DNA of 64,000 nt, taken from contig JAFMIU010000003.1 of the NCBI GenBank assembly GCA_017853835.1, forward strand, positions 41,072-105,071. Direction: 5' to 3'. A program made the translations under genes and the position numbers. The notes beneath the pieces are model-generated. The model was not told the DNA's origin and ran no database searches. It saw nothing but the letters and a program-made list of their open reading frames with translations. Below are positions 49,223 through 56,031 of the stretch, piece by piece. The first letter of the stretch is position 1, and every line of letters starts with the position of its first letter. This DNA comes from Pirellulales bacterium (lineage in GTDB: Bacteria; Planctomycetota; Planctomycetia; Pirellulales; UBA1268).

Positions 49223-50040
49223 GCCTGTATCCCTGGAAGCCTCTCGGCACGTTCACCGACATCCGATTCGAGCAGTTCGAGGGGATCGCCAAGATCACGA
49301 TCAATCGTCCGGAGGTGCGCAACGCCTTCCGCCCCCTCACCGTCACCGAGATGCGGACGGCCCTGCAAGAGGCCCGCATGAACCCCGAGATCGGCGTGGT
49401 CATTCTCACCGGCGAGGGTGAGAAGGCGTTTTGTTCGGGGGGCGACCAGAAGATCCGCGGTGATGCGGGCTATCGCGACTCGGCCGGCACCGAACATCTC
49501 AACGTCCTCGATTTCCAACGCGAGATTCGTACCTGCCCGAAGCCGGTGATCGCGATGGTGGCGGGCTATGCGATCGGTGGCGGGCATGTGCTGCATGTGA
49601 TGTGCGACCTCACGATCGCGGCCGACAACGCGATCTTCGGGCAGACCGGCCCGAAGGTCGGAAGCTTCGACGGCGGATTCGGCTCCAGCTATCTGGCCCG
49701 CATCGTCGGCCAGAAGAAGGCGCGGGAAATCTGGTTTCTCTGTCGGCAATACAACGCCCAGCAGGCCCTCGACATGGGCCTGGTCAACACGGTCGTGCCC
49801 TTCGACCGGCTCGAGGAGGAGACCGTGCAGTGGTGCCGCGAAATCCTCACGAAGTCACCGATCGCGATCCGCTGCCTGAAGGCGGCCCTCAACGCCGACT
49901 GCGACGGCCAGACGGGCCTCCAAGAGCTCGCGGGCAACGCCACGATGCTCTTCTACATGAGCGAAGAGGGCCAGGAGGGCCGCAATGCGTTCGTCGAAAA
50001 GCGTCCGCCCGACTTCACCCGCTTTCCACGACGGGGCTAG
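49219..50040 (+). CDS. menB: 1,4-dihydroxy-2-naphthoyl-CoA synthase
   Basis: Crotonase fold with [28 protein letters not shown] and [25 protein letters not shown] 49219 overlaps the menH stop (ATGA); ATG 49180 is an alternative start. Confidence 0.9.
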   Translation: MSLYPWKPLGTFTDIRFEQFEGIAKITINRPEVRNAFRPLTVTEMRTALQEARMNPEIGVVILTGEGEKAFCSGGDQKIRGDAGYRDSAGTEHLNVLDFQREIRTCPKPVIAMVAGYAIGGGHVLHVMCDLTIAADNAIFGQTGPKVGSFDGGFGSSYLARIVGQKKAREIWFLCRQYNAQQALDMGLVNTVVPFDRLEEETVQWCREILTKSPIAIRCLKAALNADCDGQTGLQELAGNATMLFYMSEEGQEGRNAFVEKRPPDFTRFPRRG

Positions 50041-50047
50041 GCCTGCC

Positions 50048-50920
50048 ATGCTCCGCATCTGGGTCGAGGCCGCCCGTCCAAAGACACTCCTCGTGAGCGT
50101 GTGCGCGGTCGTCATGGGCACGGCGATCGCGTTTCGCGATGGGGCCGCGCATCTGCCGTCGGCCGTGGCCGCGCTGATCGGGGCCTTGGCGATTCAGATC
50201 GGCACCAACTATGCCAACGACTATTTTGATGCCCGACAGGGGGCCGACACGGCCGAGCGAAAGGGGCCTCGGCGGGCCGTTCAGGCTGGCCTCGTGACGC
50301 CCGCGGCGATGCTTCAGGCCACGCTCATCGCCTTCGGCATCGCCGCGATCATGACGATCCTGCTCGTGATGCGGGCGGGATGGCCCTTGGCCCTCGTTGG
50401 CGGCATCAGCGTGCTCTGCGGCATCGGCTACACCGCAAGCCGCTTTTCACTCGCGTATCTTGGCCTCGGCGACGTCTTCGTGCTGGTGTTCTTCGGTCCG
50501 GTGGCGGTCGCCGGCGCCTGCTACGTGCAAACGCTTGCCGCTCCGTGGAATGCCGCCGTGGCCGGACTGGCCCCCGGCTTTCTCTCCGTGGGGATTCTCG
50601 TCGTCAACAACCTCCGCGACATCCAGCAAGACGCCCACGCCGGCAAGCGCACGCTCGCCGTCCGCTTCGGCGACGGGTTTGCGCGGGGGGAGTATCTCGC
50701 CTGCATGCTGCTGGCCGCCGGCATCCCGGTGGTGCTCCACCTCGGGCTCGGCTGGGGTGCACCCATTCTCCTGGCTTCACTGGCAATCCTGCCGGGCGTC
50801 GCACTTGTTCGAGGCATCGGCCGGACGAGCGGTGCGGCCTTGAATCCCTATCTCGGCCGCACGGCGGCCCTGCTTCTGCTCTACACGGGCGTGTTCTCAC
50901 TGGCGTGCCCATGGGCGTGA
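50048..50920 (+). CDS. menA: 1,4-dihydroxy-2-naphthoate polyprenyltransferase
   Basis: UbiA-family membrane protein. WVEAARPKTL, NDYFDARQGAD motif, and multiple TMs. Confidence 0.85.
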   Translation: MLRIWVEAARPKTLLVSVCAVVMGTAIAFRDGAAHLPSAVAALIGALAIQIGTNYANDYFDARQGADTAERKGPRRAVQAGLVTPAAMLQATLIAFGIAAIMTILLVMRAGWPLALVGGISVLCGIGYTASRFSLAYLGLGDVFVLVFFGPVAVAGACYVQTLAAPWNAAVAGLAPGFLSVGILVVNNLRDIQQDAHAGKRTLAVRFGDGFARGEYLACMLLAAGIPVVLHLGLGWGAPILLASLAILPGVALVRGIGRTSGAALNPYLGRTAALLLLYTGVFSLACPWA

Positions 50921-51861
50921 CCCCTCCCCGGCTCTATCGCTACCGCCTGCCGCTCGCGGCTCCGTTGCCCATTCCGGGAGGCGTGCTTCACGAGCGTGAA
51001 GGCCTCCTGCTCGGCATGCCCGACGCTCCTGCCTTCCGGTGGGGCGACGCATGCCCCCTGCCAGGCTGGAGCCGGGAAACGATCGACGACGTCGTGGAGG
51101 CCGCCCTCGCGGAGGACTGGCAGCGTCATCCCAGCCTCGCCTTCGCGCATCGGTGTGCCGCCGACGCCGCCCAGACCGAGCCCCTCTCCGTTCCGATCAA
51201 CGCGCTGGTCCAGGGATCCCCCGAGCAGATGCTCGCCGAGGCCGACGAGGTGAAGGCGCTCGGCTTTCGTTCGGTGAAGGTGAAGGTCGGGCGATGTCCT
51301 GATGTCATGGCGGATGTCGATCACCTTCAGCGCATCGCTGAACGACTCTCGGCCGGCCAGCTCCTTCGGCTCGACGCCAATCGCGCCTGGACGCTCGCGG
51401 CCGCCGTGCGGTTTGGGGAGGCCGTTCGCACGCGCCATCTCGCGATCGACTACATCGAGGAGCCGGTGGCCGACCCCCGCGACCTCGAGGCGTGGCACCA
51501 GGCGACGGGCCTTCCCTATGCGCTCGATGAGACGTTTCGTGAGTCGCCATCACTCGATGCCTTCCCGGGGGCGACCGCGCTCATCCTCAAGCCCACGCTC
51601 ATGAGCCTCGACTCGCTCGACGCCGCCCTCCGAAGCGGCCGTCGGCTCGTGTTCAGCAGCTGCTTTGAGAGCGGAGTTGGCATCCTGCACCTGGCTCGGC
51701 TTGCCGCGAGCCACGCAAAGGGGATCGCAGCTGGGCTCGACACGGTGCGCTGGCTCGCTGGTGATCTGCTCACACCGGGCCTTCGCATCGAAGGGGGCCT
51801 TCTTCACGTCGGCCCCGCCACCAGGGTGCGGCTCGAGGGGTGCCGCGAGGTGCGACGATGA
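50911..51861 (+). CDS. menC: o-succinylbenzoate synthase (enolase superfamily)
   Basis: FRSVKVKVGR, LRLDANRAW and DYIEEPV metal-ligand pattern. Overlaps menA by 10 nt. Confidence 0.8.
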   Translation: MGVTPPRLYRYRLPLAAPLPIPGGVLHEREGLLLGMPDAPAFRWGDACPLPGWSRETIDDVVEAALAEDWQRHPSLAFAHRCAADAAQTEPLSVPINALVQGSPEQMLAEADEVKALGFRSVKVKVGRCPDVMADVDHLQRIAERLSAGQLLRLDANRAWTLAAAVRFGEAVRTRHLAIDYIEEPVADPRDLEAWHQATGLPYALDETFRESPSLDAFPGATALILKPTLMSLDSLDAALRSGRRLVFSSCFESGVGILHLARLAASHAKGIAAGLDTVRWLAGDLLTPGLRIEGGLLHVGPATRVRLEGCREVRR

Positions 51862-53270
51862 CCCACCACGCCTGCCCCGTCGAGGCCGCGGCCGCACGAT
51901 GGACGGACCACCCCGGCCTGATCGCCGAAACGGGATCCTGGACGTTTGGAGCGTGGCACGAACGCGCCTCGCGACAGGCCACCGATCTCTCCGCCGCAGG
52001 CTGGCGGCCCGGCGACCGGATCGGGATCATCGACACCGCCACTCCCGACGTCGCCATGCTCGTCACGGCGGCACTCCAAGCGAACCTCGTCGCCTGCATC
52101 ACATCGCCTCGTTGGACGCCGCGGCAGCTCGACCAGGCGATGGTCACCGCCGGATGGCGAGGGCTCGTGGCCGCCGACGGTGGCCCGGCCTCGATCGATT
52201 CGGTGCGGCCGTCGGCGTCGATCCGCTCACACGCCGCCGGCCACCTCGACACCATCTCCGGACTGGCGACGATTCTGTTCAGTTCCGGGAGCACCGGCCT
52301 GCCCAAAGCCATCGCCCACCGGCACGACGCCCACTGGGCGAGCGCGGCCGGGGCGTGCTCCAACCTGCCCCTTAGGCCGGGCGACCGGTGGCTCGTCTCG
52401 CTTTCGATGAGCCATGTGGCCGGACTCGGCATCCTGTTTCGCTGTCTGCATGCCGGCGCCACCGTGGTGATGCCCTCGTCGCACTCTCCCCTCGATCGAC
52501 AGCTGCGCGACTGGCAGCCCACCCACCTGTCGCTGGTTCCGACACAGCTGAAGCGGCTTCTCGACCAAGGGTTCGATCCTCCCGCCGGCCTGAAGGCCCT
52601 GCTGCTGGGCGGCGCAGCGATTCCCCCTGGTCTCGTCACCCGCGCCGTGTCGCGTGGCTGGCCGCTCATGACGACCTACGGGCTCACCGAGATGGCCTCC
52701 CAGGTCACGGCCACGCACCCCGGAGCCGGACGTGCCGAACTCGCCACCTCAGGCCATGTGCTCATCGGTCGTGAACTGAGGATCGGCGACGGCGGTGAGA
52801 TCCTCGTTCGTGGGTCGACACTCTGCGAGGGCTTCGTGCGCGACGGCATCCTGACGGCCGCCACCGATGCCGCCGGCTGGTATCACACGGGCGACATCGG
52901 TCATCTCGACGCCGCGGGCAATCTCTGCGTGACAGGACGCCGCGACAATCTCTTCATTTCCGGTGGGGAAAACATCTACCCTGAGGAAATCGAGGGGTGC
53001 CTGCTCGAGCTGCCGGAGGTGCGGCACGCCTGCGTCGTGGCCGTGTCACACCCGGAGTATGGCCATCGACCGTTTGCGTTCGTCGACGCCGCCTTGATCG
53101 ATTCGGAGAGGCTCCGTGCCGCCCTCGCCGAACGGCTGCCGAAGTTCAAGATTCCCGATGCATTTGCTCCGTGGCCCGTCGAAACCCCGCTCAAGCCACA
53201 CCGTCCATCGATGGCGATGCTGGCGGAGCGGCTTCTGGCGGAGATGCCGCGGTCGAAGAACCCTGGGTGA
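51858..53270 (+). CDS. menE: o-succinylbenzoate-CoA ligase
   Basis: AMP-binding motifs LFSSGSTGLPKAIAHRH, TYGLTE, YHTGDIG and ISGGENIYPEEIE. ATG overlaps the menC stop (ATGA). Confidence 0.85.
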   Translation: MTHHACPVEAAAARWTDHPGLIAETGSWTFGAWHERASRQATDLSAAGWRPGDRIGIIDTATPDVAMLVTAALQANLVACITSPRWTPRQLDQAMVTAGWRGLVAADGGPASIDSVRPSASIRSHAAGHLDTISGLATILFSSGSTGLPKAIAHRHDAHWASAAGACSNLPLRPGDRWLVSLSMSHVAGLGILFRCLHAGATVVMPSSHSPLDRQLRDWQPTHLSLVPTQLKRLLDQGFDPPAGLKALLLGGAAIPPGLVTRAVSRGWPLMTTYGLTEMASQVTATHPGAGRAELATSGHVLIGRELRIGDGGEILVRGSTLCEGFVRDGILTAATDAAGWYHTGDIGHLDAAGNLCVTGRRDNLFISGGENIYPEEIEGCLLELPEVRHACVVAVSHPEYGHRPFAFVDAALIDSERLRAALAERLPKFKIPDAFAPWPVETPLKPHRPSMAMLAERLLAEMPRSKNPG

Positions 53271-53293
53271 TGATCCTGCGTCGCTGAGCGGTC

Positions 53294-53812
53294 TCACCGG
53301 GCCACGGCCGCGGCACGCTCCGCGGCGTCAAGCACGTCGAGGCCCAGGTTGGCCACGGCAAGGTCGTCGTCGCTCGAGCCCCCGCTGAAGGCGGCGAGGA
53401 GATGCCCCCCCGGCACGCGCCGGATCGCACCGCCTCGATACCCATATTCCCCCTTCAACGGCGTGCGACCTGCAAGGCCGCTGTCTTCGAGCGTGTTGGC
53501 CATCTCGGCCACCTTTCCGTAGGCGATCCCGAGCACGTTCGACTTCCCCTGCACGAACCCGCCGACGACCCGCATCCGGGAGTGCCAGCCTTGCGGCACG
53601 CCATCCGGCATGAACGCAATGACGGCCACGCCCTTCATGCCACGCCCTTCGGCCTCCTTGGCCATCACGTCGAGCGCCTCCGAAGCCGTGTCGGCAAAGG
53701 CCTCTGCATCCATCACGGCGTCGTTTGAAGCCGTTGCCGCGACGTCGGCCCTGGCCGCGACAAGACCTGCCAGCAGAAGGAGCCCCACAATCGCTTGGGT
53801 GATCTGACGCAT
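53294..53812 (-). CDS. secreted GlcG/HbpS-like (DUF336) protein
   Basis: Signal peptide MRQITQAIVGLLLLAGLVAARA. C-terminal YRGGAIRRVPGGHLLAAFSGGSSDDDLAVANLGL resembles the GlcG motif GG.PI...G..IGAIGVSG...D...A..G. Confidence 0.55.
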   Translation of the reverse strand: MRQITQAIVGLLLLAGLVAARADVAATASNDAVMDAEAFADTASEALDVMAKEAEGRGMKGVAVIAFMPDGVPQGWHSRMRVVGGFVQGKSNVLGIAYGKVAEMANTLEDSGLAGRTPLKGEYGYRGGAIRRVPGGHLLAAFSGGSSDDDLAVANLGLDVLDAAERAAAVAR

Positions 53813-53934
53813 CCTACGGGTGCTCCAGTGTGACCATCGGCAGTCGCCAAAGAAAACTCTCCCGGCAGCGACGCATCCTACTCCATGGCGGCCGCGTGAC
53901 CGTGCATGCTGGCTGAGTTCCGCTTGAAATGCCC

Positions 53935-54690
53935 TCAGCCGCGACGGGCCCGACGCATCGCAAGGCCGCCACAGGCGACCGCAGCAACGGCCTCGACCCA
54001 CAGGGCCGGCTCCGGCACCGTCCGAACCTGAAATGCGTTGATCGCCGGCCTCTGCAACGCCACGCCGTTCAGATCGAAACTCTGCGACGTGGCATCGGCC
54101 GTAAACGTGCCGAAGACAAACTGGCCGACGCCTCCTGTAGTGTCGGACGTGTTGGAATCGAGCGTCACGCCGTTGCCGGCGGTGGCGGTCACCGACCCGA
54201 TGGGCGGAATGGGCGAGGAATTACTCAGCCACCACTGCAGCACATACGTCTGTCCGTTGGTGAGACCTCCGAGCGTGACGGTCAGCGTGTCAGGAAGGCC
54301 AGCGCCACCTGCCTCGTTGAGCAGCGCACGATACTCGCTGCTCAGGCTGGAGTACGGAGCGGAGGCAGAACCCAGACTGCTAAAAGCCGCGAGGAGGTCG
54401 GTCGACTCCGTGAAGGTGACATCTCCCACCGACACGGTCGTTCCGCTCACGGGATACGCGAAGGCTGCAAACGTGACGCCGTTCACCGTGGAAGGCGACA
54501 CCGTGTTGGGGCCGACATTGTAGGCGTATATCAGCGAGCCGGTGGTCGAGACGTCACTGTCGCCGGAGATCGTTTGCGGAGTCTCCCAGGTGATGACAGC
54601 CGCATCGGCAGAGAGCGAAGCGGCCGCCGCCACGATCATGCAGCACACCACGGGAAAAGCACGACGGACAAACGTCTGAAGCGAGGACAT
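53935..54690 (-). CDS. PEP-CTERM-anchored secreted protein
   Basis: Signal peptide MSSLQTFVRRAFPVVCCMIVAAAASLSADA. C-terminus VPEPALWVEAVAAVACGGLAMRRARRG. Confidence 0.8.
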   Translation of the reverse strand: MSSLQTFVRRAFPVVCCMIVAAAASLSADAAVITWETPQTISGDSDVSTTGSLIYAYNVGPNTVSPSTVNGVTFAAFAYPVSGTTVSVGDVTFTESTDLLAAFSSLGSASAPYSSLSSEYRALLNEAGGAGLPDTLTVTLGGLTNGQTYVLQWWLSNSSPIPPIGSVTATAGNGVTLDSNTSDTTGGVGQFVFGTFTADATSQSFDLNGVALQRPAINAFQVRTVPEPALWVEAVAAVACGGLAMRRARRG

Positions 54691-54792
54691 GGGAGGGTTT
54701 CCTTCGGGGGGGAGGCGGGATCATCGGAGGCCTTGGGGCTGCACGATCGTTCGAAGCCCTCGAGTAAGAGTCAATTCGCCCGGCGACAAAGT

Positions 54793-54831
54793 GACGAATC
54801 GGGCACCAGCAGGGACGAATCGGGCGCCAGC
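54793..54831. repeat. 18-nt direct repeat x2 at 21-nt phase in a divergent intergenic region
   Basis: GACGAATCGGGCACCAGC (54793-54810) and GACGAATCGGGCGCCAGC (54814-54831); 17 of 18 positions identical. Confidence 0.8.
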
Positions 54832-54921
54832 CGTGGTGGGCCTGAGCGACTGCTTGTAGCCGCGCGACGGCACCCCTATCTTGAGAGGGTTTGTCCTACG
54901 GCGCGTCGTCGCGCGGTCGAA

Positions 54922-54942
54922 CGATCGCGGGCATCGCGATCG
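54922..54942. repeat. perfect 8-bp inverted repeat (possible operator or RNA hairpin)
   Basis: CGATCGCG (54922-54929), GGCAT, CGCGATCG (54935-54942). A second perfect 7-bp hairpin, GTGGGCC-N6-GGCCCAC, lies at 54967-54986, 22 nt before ATG 55009. Confidence 0.75.
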
Positions 54943-55008
54943 AAGCCACGCGTGTGGTTCGTGGTCGTGGGCCCGAGGTGGCCCACCTGTCTCGCAGAGG
55001 GGAGCGTG

Positions 55009-55959
55009 ATGAAGATCTTCTCGGTTCACCATCGTGCAGTCGACGGAGCGTGCCGAACGCTGATGGCGTGGCTCGCGTGCATGCCGGCCGTCTGGGCTCA
55101 GGCCACGGACACACCGGTAAACGCTCATGTTTCCGCCGTCGTGAAAGCAATCATGGCCGAGTCCGAGGCGACGGTGAAAGCCTTCAACTCGGGCGACGCA
55201 GCGGCGCTTGCCGCCATGTTCATCGACGACGGTGAACTCGTCGACGAAGACGGCACCGTCACTGAATCGCGTGCCGAGATCGCCGCACTTTTCGATCGAT
55301 TCTTCACTCGCTTCCCCAAGGCAACGCTCGAATTGGAGATCACCGACGCGCGTGAGATTGGCGACGTCGTCGTGATCGAGGAGGGAATGCGCCGCATCAC
55401 GACCGACCAGGGCGCGGCCACGGCGCAGGTGCGGTACGTCGCGGTGCGCACCAAGCAGGGCGACGCGTGGCCGCTCGCCTCGTATCGGGAGTTTTCCGAC
55501 GACCCCCTGCCCAGCCCAGCCGAGATGCTCGCATCGCTCGATTGGATCGTCGGCGACTGGCTTGATGAGAGCCCCGATGGCACGACGCAGATCAGCTATC
55601 GCTGGAGCGACGACGGCAACTTCCTGATCGGCGAATACAACCTGTCGGTTGGTGGAAAACCGACGGCCAAGAGTGTGCAGCGGATCGGCTGGGATCCCGT
55701 CGAGGGCACGCTCCGATCGTGGACGTTCGACTCCGACGGAGGGTTCAGTGAAGGGGAGTGGCTGGGCACCGACGATGGCTGGGTGGTCAAGTCGGAGGCG
55801 ACGCTTCCCGACGGCACCATCGGCTCGGCGACGATCACCATTCGGCCGTCCGACGCCGACCACCTGGTCGTGCTGAGCACCGATCGCATCATCGGCGGCT
55901 CCGAGGAGCCGGATTTCAAACTGGTCATCGCCCGCAGGCCTCCGCAACCCGGCAACTGA
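55009..55959 (+). CDS. secreted protein with two SnoaL/NTF2-like (DUF4440-type) domains
   Basis: GGGGAG before the ATG. Signal-like ..LMAWLACMPAVWAQA. Domain 1: KAFNSGDAAALAAMFIDDGELVDEDG..SRAEIAALFDRFF. Domain 2: LDWIVGDWLDESPDGTTQISYRWSDDGNFLIGEY. The track's 360-codon upstream extension is antisense to the PEP-CTERM gene. Confidence 0.65.
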   Translation: MKIFSVHHRAVDGACRTLMAWLACMPAVWAQATDTPVNAHVSAVVKAIMAESEATVKAFNSGDAAALAAMFIDDGELVDEDGTVTESRAEIAALFDRFFTRFPKATLELEITDAREIGDVVVIEEGMRRITTDQGAATAQVRYVAVRTKQGDAWPLASYREFSDDPLPSPAEMLASLDWIVGDWLDESPDGTTQISYRWSDDGNFLIGEYNLSVGGKPTAKSVQRIGWDPVEGTLRSWTFDSDGGFSEGEWLGTDDGWVVKSEATLPDGTIGSATITIRPSDADHLVVLSTDRIIGGSEEPDFKLVIARRPPQPGN

Positions 55960-56031
55960 CACGAACCGGCAGGCACATTCGTTTGTCGATTCGTGATTCC
56001 TGTTTCCCCCGTCATCGAGGAGAACCCACTC

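Noticed and set aside
47747-51861. Long track ORFs 47747..49222, 48517..50040 and 50380..51861, which would give 490-507-aa proteins in the men operon.
   Set aside because: Only their C-terminal parts match MenH, MenB and MenC. The N-terminal parts are off-frame read-through of the preceding gene. Internal ATGs at 48407, 49219 and 50911 give family-typical lengths.
53929-55008. Upstream 360 codons of the 676-aa track ORF 53929..55959.
   Set aside because: This part is antisense to a well-formed PEP-CTERM gene and crosses an intergenic region. The real gene starts at ATG 55009, which has a GGGGAG RBS and a signal peptide.
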